Shown in pieces: positions 34,461 through 46,296 of a stretch of 64,000 nucleotides of DNA (positions within the stretch are counted from its first letter, which is position 1; every line of letters begins with the position of its first letter). The DNA is taken from assembly GCA_010093815.1 (NCBI GenBank), contig ML996577.1; one strand, 5' to 3'. The position numbers and the translations under genes were made by a program. The notes below the pieces were generated by a model. That model saw only the letters and a list, made by a program, of their open reading frames with translations, had not been told where the DNA came from and searched no databases. The stretch comes from Pseudovirgaria hyperparasitica (lineage: Eukaryota).

Positions 34461-35199
34461 TGAGGGTAGGTCAAAACTTTGTCATCTGGAGTTGATGTGC
34501 TATGAATGTTGAATATCAGCACGAACCAGCGTGATCAGCACCACTTACAATAGATTACGCTCCAATTATGCGGCAAATTTTCGTATCCATCGATGCCGTT
34601 CAAAATATAGGAGTTACGAGATCAGCCTGAGGGGCGTTTTAAAAAAAAACTATAGAGTCAGACGAGTATCATGGGGGTATATGCTAATATATGGTGAGTA
34701 AGACATTCCGAGAATAAGGTTCAAGGATATCGGAGGTCTGATTTTCCATTTGTGTGCTTTCTTTCGGTTGTTTAGTTCCTAAATCTGGCATTCTGCGAGC
34801 ACGATAACGGGGCATATCTCGGAGTCCGTCATCTTGATGGGGACTCTTTTCTATTTACTAGTACGCAAACGATATAGAGTATTATGCTGGTCATAGTGGA
34901 CCAATTCGCCCTAGTCATGCCGGCTGGTAAGTATTCGAGTCTGGCGTTCTTGTGACAATCAGTTTTCATTTGATCACCAATAGGACGTGATACGGTCCCC
35001 AAGTAGGTAGTTTAGTGGCGTAGAATCTAACAGCGCAGCTTTTTCTTTTCTAAGAATGACCTCTTCTCAATGTATAAATTTTCTCTTAGCAAGATCTGCA
35101 CTGCCAGCTCCACTACTTTCGATCGTCGCCAATTATAATACATGGCACGCTGCCACGTGGTTGTGATGCCATATTCGGAACCCGACTGCCATAAAAAAC

Positions 35200-35216
35200 A
35201 ATTCCGAGTCGGAATT
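35200..35216. promoter_or_regulatory. Palindrome AATTCCGA-G-TCGGAATT (CCG-N3-CGG), candidate Zn2Cys6 site in the divergent PKS/aldolase promoter
   Basis: Perfect 8-bp inverted repeat with a 1-bp spacer, about 175 bp upstream of the aldolase ATG. Its TCCGAGTC core recurs twice upstream of the MFS gene. Confidence 0.45.
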
Positions 35217-35390
35217 TTGTCTCATTTTTACGAAGTTGGAAACCCGATCCTCCACAGGCCATCATCTATCAAGCGCCCTTCTAAGGTTCTGCAACCGCAA
35301 ACTAATATAACTACGCTTGTCCCCACACATGGCCATCCAGTTCGTGAAACACTACCAAGCCCTATTACGCTTGCTCATAAAAATCTCACA

Positions 35391-36676
35391 ATGGCACCCG
35401 GAATCACACTTGACAACGCAGTGGAAGACTTTGTCTTCACCAAGACAGCTGGTTCCGAGAAGAACCATGCAACTGTTACAGAAACAGTTCTTGAGGCCAT
35501 TGACAATGAAAAAGCAGCCCAGCCAAAACAGGCACCACAACCTGAGCCCCAAAATCAGCTAGACCTCTCCTCTATCGCGTGGGCTCACTGTCGCGAGAGC
35601 TCCAACAATTTCATATCCGATTTTTACACCAAACCGACCCTTCCTATGCTAGAAGCCATTATCCGTACGACACTCGACGACGGTGACAATGACGAAGACG
35701 CTACAACAAACGACTTGCAAGACTATGTTGCAGGCCTTTTAGGACACGAGAGTGCTTTGTTAGTCCCGACTGGTACTATCACAATTCTTACCATGTTCGA
35801 TCACGTGCTTACGACCCTCTAGGTACGATGGGTAACCAAGTATCCTTACGGACTGCCCTAGGCAATCCACCGCACTCGATTCTGTGTGACTATCGCGGCC
35901 ACATAATGCACTTCGAGGGCGGTGGACCGTCTGGAATCTGCGGCACGCTCGTCCGAAGCGTAGTACCTGCGAATGAGCACCATCTCACGCTTGCAGATGT
36001 TCAGAGATTTGCCACGCTACGGAATACCATGTACGACTGTCCTACGCGCGTAATTGCACTTGAGAATCCCATGGAAGGACGCATTCTGCCGCTGAGCGAC
36101 ATCCAGGCCATCTCGAACTGGGCACGGGAACGGGGAATCCATATGCATCTGGACGGGGCCCGGCTATGGGAGGCTGTTGCAGCAGGTGCCGGATCACTCG
36201 AAGAAATCGGCAAGTGTTTTGATAGTATCCAGGTGTGCTTTACCAAGGGTCTTGGCGCACCACTCGGCAGTATGGTCATTGGAAAGAAAGACTTCATTGC
36301 TAGAGCCAAATGGAGCCGAAAACTACTCGGTGGTGGGACCAGGGCATCGGGTGTTATTGCAGCGCCGGCACGAGTCGCGATTGATGATGTTCTATTTGGC
36401 GGCAAGATGAAGGCTGCCCAGGACAAAGCGCAACGGGCATCCGAATTATGGACCGAACTTGGGGGTAAGCTTTTGGAGCGCAGGGAGACAAATATGGTAT
36501 GGCTGGACTACGAAGGATCAGGGGTAGACATGGAAGGTTTCTTTAAGTTAGCAAAGGAGGAATATGGGCTGAAGTTGGGTGGTGTGATCCCAGAGAGACT
36601 GGTCTTTCATTATCAGATCTCGGACGAGTCGTTTGAAAAGTTGTGTGCACTGTTCCGGAGGGCTTTGGCAAAATGA
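35391..36676 (+). CDS. Low-specificity L-threonine aldolase / TOXG-like alanine racemase family PLP enzyme, 2 exons (intron 35773-35822)
   Basis: LLVPTG|TMGNQ, GHIMHFEGGG, TRVIALENP, MHLDGARLWEA, VCFTKGLGAPLGS (PLP lysine), RKLLGGG, ETNMVW, RLVFHYQI. Confidence 0.9.
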
Positions 36677-37587
36677 AGGGCTTCGTACAGGGGGCAGTGA
36701 GTGATTGGATACTTAAAGATTAGTCCAAGTACAACAGGCTTGCGTAATTCTGCTAAACATTTGTGATCACGCCTTGTGGGGTTACACCAAGAGCCGTGTG
36801 TAAGCGAATGACTGTCTGCACAAACACGGCACATGCACATCCATGCCACCGTGTTGACTTTTTTTATTGATACTGCATGCTCGGCGAAAAGACCGAAAAT
36901 TAAAACTGCCGTCTGACGGGTTGTTGAGTTTCGTCAGCGAGTCTATAACAGGGGCTTGTAAATGTCCGTAATCACTCTTTTGAGAAGGGGCACACACTAA
37001 ATGATTACTTCGCCACGCCTGATATGTCTGATGATGTGAGTTTGAGTTTTCAATTTTTGTTTCCCGCAGCTATAAATCTCGTGGTGATTTTTTGCCTATA
37101 CAGTAGTTGGTTCCACTGGCGCTATTGATGACTTGCGTTAGGCACCCGCTATGTATGGCGGCATATAGGCCGGGAGTGGGGTGACGACGGCGTGGCTTTC
37201 TTAGGGCGTCCCGCGGTACGCGTTGGGCTTCTCTAAGCTAGTACTAGCATGAGCATCCGGACCCACTTCCGAGTCTGTTTACTCCCAGCCGTTCGGGTCA
37301 TGGTCCGAGTCTTGAGCCCGCTAGTCCGTATGCAAATGTTTTGCTTTCCGACTTCTCCGAATCACTTGGTCCACTTTTGGCTCGTCTATTTCTCGTACTC
37401 CTTGTCAGCCAATCTGCTTTGTCGAGATGTTGGGGGCTTCACCCGCACGCAGCTGCTTTATTACCTGTTGACCGCCCTTTCTTTTGCTTTTCCTTAGGAT
37501 CTGCATTGCATCTGCATTGCATTGCATTTGCTTTCTGTAGCGCCTACACTCATCTAATACGCACGCCGCAAAAACGCCACTCTCACA

Positions 37588-39135
37588 ATGGTGTACCGAC
37601 CTAGCGAGGATAAATCCCACAGCTCAATATACCTGCATGATGTACGTATTGCCTCAAGCACGTCGACGAACAATGCTTCGAAGGCATCCCAGTCTACTAT
37701 TGTGGATGCTGAGCATCAGTTCGGGGAGAGCGAGAGTGTACCGAACAATGGCATCGAGGGCTTCGATTACTCCACTTTACCACCTGTTGATACCGGAAAA
37801 GATGCTTGGTTGTGCCTCCTCGCGGTCTTCACCATTGAGGTCATGATATTAGGTAAGTTGATCCTGTGTGATATCCCGTCTTTTATGTGCGCAGCACCGA
37901 ACTTGACATTGCATGCAGGCTATGGCTTCTCGTATGGTGTTTTCCAGGACTTCTACGCCGTAAATGAGCCTTTTGCATCATCCTCATCCAATAGTTCTGT
38001 GATTGGTGTCCTCACGACCGTAGGCATTCTTGCCCAGCATATCTCAAACTTGCAGCTAAATTTGTGAAAGGGCATTCTCTTCCTCACTACCCCGATATTC
38101 CTTCCATTATGCCGCCACTATCCCCAATGGGCCCGCTGGATGGCGACGTTCGGTGTCTTTCTCGCGCTAATATCGAACATTGCATCCTCTTTCTGTACCA
38201 AAATTCCCCAACTGATTGGTACACAAGGTGTGATACTCGGGCTCGCTGGCGGCCTGGCATTCTGTCCATGCCTGGTCTATATTGACCAATGGTTCGACAA
38301 ACGCAAAGGCCTCGCATTTGGCATATTCGGCTCTGGCGCTGGATTCGGAGGAGTCTTTATTCCCCTCATGCTACGTGCCATGCTCAATAACGTGGGCTTC
38401 GCTACCACGATGCGCATCTGGGCGGGAATTCATGCAGGTATCGGACTCACTGCAGCCTATTTCGTCAAGCCACGTCTACCCCCGGCGGCAACTCTCACAA
38501 GACCATTTTGGAACCCGCGTGCTCTGCGCTCCCGGTTCTTTCTGATGAACCAACTAGCAAACACGATCCAGGGCGCGGGATACTATCTCCCAGGAATCTA
38601 TCTACCAACCTATGCTCGCGAGATTCTTGGTGCATCAGCCTGGCCAGCCACGGTATCACTCATGATATTCAACATAAGTGCAACTATCGGCCTCATACTT
38701 ATGGGCCACTTCACTGACCGTTTCACTTCGCGCACCTGTATCTTGGTATCCTCGCTTGGCAGCACGATTGCGGCCTTGATAGTATGGGGTCTTACCACTC
38801 ATATAGCAACACTATATACATTCAGCATCCTCTTTGGTCTATTTTCAGGCAGCTGGCCCGCCGTATGGCCTGCAGTCATGCGAGAGACGGCCCGTCGGGG
38901 CGAGGAGCGTGGTTTTGGGTATGTTGACACACTAATGGTGTATTCATTATTGTGTGTCGGGCGAGGAGTTGGCAATATCGTTTCTGGACCACTAAGCGAA
39001 GCTCTCACAAAGGACATGCCGTGGAAAGGGGCAGTCATTGGCGGGTATGGAAGTGGCTATGGAGCACTGATTTTGTTCTCTGGGCTGACGAGCTTGGTGA
39101 GCGGTATTAACACCTTATGGTATCAAAAGCTATAG
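37588..39135 (+). CDS. MFS monocarboxylate-transporter-like (Mch family) protein, 3 exons
   Basis: LPPVDTGKDAWLCL, GYGFSYGVFQDFY, LIGTQGVILGLAGGL, QWFDKRKGLAFGI, GYYLPGIYLPTYA, GRGVGNIVSGPLS; many TM segments. Confidence 0.92.
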
Positions 39136-39849
39136 TTGAAGTTTTAAAAGTATTTTGCTGATTTATAGAATACAAACGATAGACATGATAGACAGTTTTA
39201 TATAGAGGATCAATATACTTATCAGGCTGCTGTACATAGCTCATACAAAGATATACAACAACACTGCTGCTGTTGATACTCGCCCCCACTGTCAGACAAG
39301 ACAGATCTAGATGCAATCCTACGAGATCCAGTAGCCCCTGAGAAGGGCCGACTCAATCCATCGTATCTAGCAAGTTTAACGAGCGGCCCTGGAGTACCGC
39401 ATTGGCCAACGCCAAGTCTTACGAATTGCGGGACTTGCCGTTATTATCATAAGCCCTAAACAAAGCCAGACTATTAGAATAATTACCCGTAGTCGCATGA
39501 GTCAAAATCCCAGTCACTGCGTTTGAAATAGCTTTGCCATTCACTGCCGTGTTCGAGGAGGTAGCATCCGACGTTGCCTTGAAAAAGGCAGGGGTTTCTT
39601 CCCGGGCAAGTAGAGGTAGGCAATAATACAGTCATCAGCTGTGAACCCGCTAATCACTTAACTTCCAATGATCCAACCGGTAATCATTGGTACAATGTGA
39701 CACAATTATTCATCCGTCACACAATGATTGTTCACTTATACAATCGTTAGTCATTTATGGAATCAGTAATCAATTACTCAATTAGTAATGAGCCATCACT
39801 ACTTAGCAGAGCCTCGTCTAGTAATATTCGTGCTCCACTACTCAATGGA

Positions 39850-42800
39850 ACAATGACTTTCTGACATTTTCATGTCGAATATTTATATAGATGTCAATCT
39901 CATAATATAATTGTAGCGTGTAAATCGTCGAGTGCTCATATAAGATGTTTAGTCTAGTTCTAGTACTATCCTAATAGCAGTCACGGTAGTATATCTAGAT
40001 AGAGGTTATTTGTGAATCTAATAGCCGCCCAGGCCGTCATGTCTGCCGGTAAGCCTAGACTTACAATCGGGAGGTGCGTCAGCGTTGGAATTAAGCATGT
40101 TCGTTCAGGCGAACTCGCTGACTATGGGGGTCAATCTCGAGCTGAGTGTTAAGAAAGTACAATGAAAGATAACAATCTACTGTCACTTTAGTAGAATGAT
40201 CATGCAATGATGAGTGCGAGAGGATATGCGGTCATACACGTCTTAGAATTCTCTTACAAGGACTTTGTACCTGGAGTCTTGACGTAGGCGGAAGACATGT
40301 GTAGCTCTGATTCGAAAGTCTAGGGGTTGACTTGCTGGCAATTCCTACATCGTGACCCCCAAGGAGGCCTACCCCATATGAATCTAATAGTACTAAGCTT
40401 ACAACGGAAGTGCTCGATATTGACGATTTCACCGTCCATATCTCTATCATCAGGAGCTCATAATATCAGGACGATATCATTATTTGCCTAGTCTACCTAC
40501 TGTGAGTAGAGTTTACTCCTGAAACGGATGCTATCATAGACAACTGAACTTGCTGAAAGCACAACCCCTATAACAATGTACACCCCTTTCGGCAGAGTCT
40601 GTACCAAACCTCCAAGTTTTGAACATTTCGTAGACTTCTCTACTGGTGTGAAAACACAGAATATGCTGTTCGAGACATACTTTATAGAGCTCTACGTGCT
40701 GCTTACATACTATTGTTAGATATACGATGATACAAAACCCTGTATGCCCCTAGTGTGTCAGTAACATTAGGATAAGAGGACCATGTAGCACGTGATATGT
40801 TGTCATCAATGTTGATTCTGGATTTCTCTATGATTATCAGCTATTTAATGAGTGTTCTAAGCATTTAGTCAAGAATGCAGAGTATGTCAGGCTAAGTCTA
40901 CACGTATAGCCATGTTCCTTCGATTTCCTATTTTTCGAAAAGCTTGTTTTCTTCCTTTACATTCGAGTTTCTTAAGTCAATTAAAATACTTATTAGCTAT
41001 TCTATTCTCTTATTGGGAAGAATAGGTAGCTTTCAAAGATCGTGTATACAATACTAGCATATAGTTATTCCAAGTCTAAATATTTTGAATTTAGCAACCT
41101 ACCTAGGATATAATCTTTTAGTCCCAATAGGAATAGGCATGATACTAGATCGAACGTTTATTTCGATTTATTTAGACTTGAAAATTGCTATATCTAGTAT
41201 TCCGTGCACAGCTCTTAAATGCTACTTAGTTTCCTAACAAGAGCATATCTACTAAGTGACTAGGCTGTTTGAAAGTCACTAGTTGTTTAAGATTTAATAG
41301 CAAGGATATAGGAACGGACACATCTTATTGTCGACTTAGTCTGTCTGTCATGCAACATTACTAGTGCTATATTACCTCCCTATGTGTCTCCATCGTCCTA
41401 CCAGGGGTAGTACTTGTCCACTACTTGGCCTTCTCTCCTTGCTGGTAGCGGTCGTCTATGATACGAAACTCCTAATAGAGATCTTCTCTCAAGATCAGAC
41501 GCATTATTATCACATACATTCCTGCTCTCTTATCTCCTAGGCGTAAATTAATCATTTATCTTAAACACCACCCATTGCACATCTCTCTACACCTTGAACG
41601 TAGTCACAATCTCCGCAATAAAATACTCGCAGAATACAGCATTACAATCCATAGCCCCTGTTCCCGCTTCCGGCATCAATACCAGTCCACACCAAAATCT
41701 AATTTTCTGCCTATTATCTTCGTATACTCGCACATTACTACTTATGTAGCTTTTAATAAATCCACCCTCCGCCTTGCACCGCCCGTAGCTAACTTCATAC
41801 AATAAGCCACGCGCATGCTTAGTCGATCTCAAACCGAAATCGCACCATATTCCAGCTTCAATCCCCGAACGATACCCATCTGCTAGAGGGAGTAATACCT
41901 ACCTACTAGTACCTAGCAACCCCTAGTGACTTCTCGTGAGACCTTTGGGCAGTCCTACGCTAATACAGTGCACTAATATAGGGTAACGAGACGGATCTTC
42001 GAGAGATAGATATATAAAATCCTAGGAGATAGCAGCTACGTAGGAGGAGAGGGGGCCGGAGAGTGCTCTGGAGTATGGATTTATGACGTTCCGGTTTAGT
42101 CCATTGGCTAGAGCAGCAGCAGCAGCAGTAGCAGCAATAGCACCACCTCTGCTCCCTTCCATCCCTAGTCTATCTACTATAGCCTGCGAGTCGCTTGTAT
42201 TGTGGGGTAAGCTCCTTACGTTAATGTTGCATATCACCCGACCGAACCGCTCCTTACCACGTCCATGTTCCACACTACACTGCACCGCATACGCTTACTT
42301 GACTATCCATCTCCGTACCTATGTCTCTATCTACCTCCCTAGCAATCTCCCTAGCCCCTCCCTATCCGTCTCCCGATCCATCTCTCTATCTATCTCCCTA
42401 TTGTAATCCATGTTAACACCCCTATCAACAACCATACCACACAACACCACACAACACCACACAACACCACACAACACCACACAACACCACACAACACCAC
42501 ACAACACCACACAACACCACACAACACCACACAACANNNNNNNNNNCAACACCACACAACACCACACAACACCACACAACACCACACAACACCACACAAC
42601 ACCACACAACACCACACAACACCACACAACACCACACAACATCAACCTCCCAACGAACCTCCCAATCCCAACGCACATTCCCATCCCTGTTCAACCTCTC
42701 CATCGACACGCACATCAACATTACCATCAAATCTCCACATCAACCTCCCCTAGTCAACACCCACACCAACAACCTTCACACCTTCCAATCTGAAAACAGC

Positions 42801-43350
42801 CAAAGTAGCGTATTATACAGTCCAGACAAACCAGCAATTCACCATAGCATACCGCACTACCACTACCACACTACTATACACTACTACCATTCTGAATATC
42901 TCTCTCTATTAGCACATCTTCCATTTCCTTCCATTTTTAGCTTAGAACCCCGTCTACCATAACCCCTACCAACCCCAAACAGCATACCCCCAACCGGTAT
43001 CAATCCCAAACACATTATTACTAACAAACCCCCCTCCCCCTTTCTCCCCTCATAAACCTCTCCTAAACCCCCTCCAAACCCCCTCCTAAACAATTCCATA
43101 AACCATAAACCACAAGCAAGATAGATATACAAAGAGCATACAACAAAACAAACAGATCTAAAAGACCGACAAAGACCCACTTGGCTAAACGATTGGAAGT
43201 CGGTATATACATGTTATTCTACTATCATTACTACCATCATTATTATTACTACCATATTTCTTTATGACTATAACTATAACTATAACTACAACTACAACTA
43301 TACCTACAACTCTAATTACTAGTATTATTAGCATTATCAGCAGTCTAGAC
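39850..43350. other. Gene-free, AT/TpA-rich tract consistent with RIP-degraded repeats or pseudogenes
   Basis: Many TA/CTAG/TAG words, no ORF with a recognisable product, and a CAG run interrupted by TAG. Judged by eye; boundaries are approximate. Confidence 0.5.
42436..42640. repeat. 10-bp tandem repeat (ACAACACCAC)n containing a 10-N assembly gap at 42537-42546
   Basis: Read directly; the true length is unknown because of the gap. Confidence 0.95.
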
Positions 43351-43719
43351 AAGGTGTTTTTCTTCTTTTCTTTTTGGACAAGGGGGGGAGGGCGGACAGT
43401 TCGGTGTTTAGTAAGAATTTGGCCAAAAGGTAAAAAAAAAACAGAGGGGGGGGGGGGGGGGGGCTATAAGACGGGGTTTGGGTAAGTGGTAGAATGGATT
43501 TTTTGTGTGAGGTTCGAATGGAGCAGTATATCGAGGAGATAGATGGGTTGGATCGGGTGACTCGACTGGATGGATATATAGGTCTAAGAGTAAGAAGTTG
43601 GTATAATCATTTCAAGTAATCGAGCAAGCGGACTTTTGTAATGCTGTATCATAATCTGAACCCCCCTATCCCACGCCACGCCACCCACCACCCACCCTCC
43701 CCCTAAAAAGAAAAACCCC

Positions 43720-45202
43720 CTACCCCAAACTCTGCACCTTCAACACAAACGCCCCCCGCTCAATCGTATTAACAACAATAAACCCCGACTCAAACAACGC
43801 ATACGACGACCACGTCCCCACAAAATCAATAACCCCGCCATTCGGCTCCGCATCATCCTCCGGGTAAACATCAAAAAACGCCACCTCCTTCACCCCCGCC
43901 CCGGTCGGATCCGCGGGGATAGACGAGACATCCAAGATCCGGAACCCAGAGCCATAATTACTCTGATACGCATACTTGCCCGCGATATACTGGTTATGAT
44001 CGACCGAGTAGGCGGTGCTCTTGTAGTAGCCCGTCTGCCTGGGTCGTTCCAGCTCGGAGATATCCCAGATATAGGTGACAGGATGGCCGTCGGCCGCAGG
44101 GCCAACGCGGTCAAACTCGTCGTATTCGTCGTCCATGATCAGGTATTCCTGCCAGTCCGGGTCGAGCACCCAGCCCTGGTGGGTGTAGGCGGCGCCGTCG
44201 TAGGAGGTGACGGAGACGAGGTGCGGGTCGAGCTTGTCGGACATGTCGTAGATGGAGAGCGAGTCTTCGTTGTAGCCGTAGCAGATCTCGCGGCCGGCGT
44301 ACTTGGCGTCGGGCCCCTTGTACATGAGGCACTGGGCGTCGTGGACGTAGCCGTCGATGGCGGCGCAGCCGGGGGAGGTCGGGTGAGCGGGGTCGGACAT
44401 GTCGATTGCGATGAGGCCGGAGCGGCATTTATCTGTGCGGGGGGCGGCGCCGACGGAGTATGCGAAGCCCGAGGCCGGGTTTGCGACGACGTTGTGGGTG
44501 CGGCCGATGGGGAGGTCGGTGAAGATGCCGGTGACGTCGGTGTCGGGGTTGAAGGTGACGGGGTTGCGGTTGTCGAGGTCGAGCAGCTTGGTCATGTCGA
44601 AGATCTGGATGTTGTGCTTTTCGGCCTCGGAGCCGATGATCATGTAGTTGTTGTAGCCGCGGATTTCGCGCCAGATCTCGGGCTCGGCGGCGCTGGTCTT
44701 GGGCAGGCGGCCGAGGTATTCGAGCTTGCCGGCTGTGGTGACTTGGGCGAAGGCTGCGCCGTCGGCTTGGGCGATGGCGATGAACTCTCGGCCGTCGTCG
44801 GATGTCCAGCCCCATGAGGAGGATCCCTCGCCGGTTGCGCTGCCTAGAGCGGCGTGGGAGAGGAAGTGATGGAGGTTGAGCTGGGACGTTGTTAGTGCTG
44901 TCTGTGATGGACATGGAGAGGGTGCTTCGACATACGTTGTTGCAGCGAAAGGCCAGTGTAGCATTGTTCCTGAACGGCTGGGCTTTTCCATCCCGACAAT
45001 TGGCAAAAGGGAGCTCGATGTATTGCTCCGAGTTCATGGCGCCGCTGTCACGCTGACGCTGGAATGTGCCTCGCTTGGTGGCCATGATTTCCATGTGCAT
45101 AGTCCCGCTGTCGTACTTATCGGCTGCAATGCTAAAGTCCTTTGGCTTCTCCTTGCACAACACACTGCCTGCCAGGGCGGCAAAGGTAGCGAGACGATAC
45201 AT
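43720..45202 (-). CDS. Secreted choice-of-anchor B family / LVIVD-like beta-propeller protein, 2 exons (intron 44881-44935)
   Basis: Signal peptide MYRLATFAALAGSVLC; FRCNN|LNLHHFLSH, GSSSWGWTSDDGREF, IWREI, THNVV, GYVHDAQC, YTHQGW, DDEYDE, DHNQY, YQSNYGSGFRILD, GTWSSY, NTIERG. Confidence 0.75.
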
Positions 45203-46296
45203 GATGAGAGTCACACAAACGAAAGTCCACTCGTTGTCGTGTGAGAGAGTCCAGAGGAGGTCCAGGGCAGAGATGATCGATCAAGTAGTTCTACCCAGAG
45301 GAAGGCTGGAAGGAGCTGGTCAATCGGTCCCAGAGCATCTCCTTTTGTAGGCCCCCAGGCCGCAGTATATGGCAAGACATGCTGTCCTTCCTTATCGACA
45401 TCTTTGTATACATGGCATATCACTGCTCCAAGGAGAAGGTCACATACGACCTAGGTCGACCCGATGATTGATGAAAGGACGTTACTGGTCCAGGGATCAA
45501 GCATTCCGCCTTGCCCCAGTCTGCCGAGAAGGCTGATCTGGAGCCAAGACGAGCAGCGTGCTTGGCGTACTCCGCCCGTTTGTGGATGGATGCAGCCGAG
45601 CACCATCGATCAGCCACTCGCTTTATAAACACATACCTATTATGAATGTAACGATTCTTCCTGCTGTCTATCAGTCTCTCATCGCCTGCTGCCCCTCTCT
45701 AATTCTGATGCTCTCACACAGCAGATGTAGCCGTGTATCAATCGACCCACTGGACATGTTGTTTACCTGACAAGACAGGAGTCCCCTGTCATGGGCATCT
45801 ATCTCCGCGCCAAGTGTACTAGTCGGTAGATGGTATATGAATGGATCGCAAGCATCGAGTAGGCTACCCTGGGCAGATCGACATATCAGGTAGGTAGTAC
45901 GCAAACGGAGCCGGAGCTCGCGACAGGGCTGTGGTCAGCATTCCTCCCTTTTTTGCCTAATATGAAACATTTTCGATCGACGTTTACTTTCAAAACAATT
46001 CGATTGTTGGAATTGTTCAATGGGAGATAATTCGGAAAATATATCCTCCCTATCAGTCACTGCGCACGACAACCGGCTCGAACAAGTGAATTACACGCCA
46101 GAATCTTTATTCTTACTACCCGGTATCATACGTGCATAACGTTGATCATGAATGTGCCACCCGGAGAGTCCTAGTCCTGTATGGACAAACGCATGATGCC
46201 CCTCATCACGCTCCTATAATGAAAACTTGCCTACGACGCCGTTGCTTATGCATGACCGCAAAAAGGGAAATCATAACAGTCATGGCTTGGAGCCTC

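Noticed and set aside
39628..39810. DNA-transposon end (TACAGT start with TAATCA-like subterminal words)
   Set aside because: I found no matching inverted terminus or transposase remnant.
42436..42640. CRISPR-like array, or the His/Thr- and Cys/Val-rich ORFs over it
   Set aside because: A simple tandem repeat without spacers in eukaryotic DNA; the ORFs are repeat artefacts.
45442..45470. ACATACGACC resembling the 5' end of fungal 5S rRNA
   Set aside because: The similarity stops after 10 nt and no internal 5S motifs follow.
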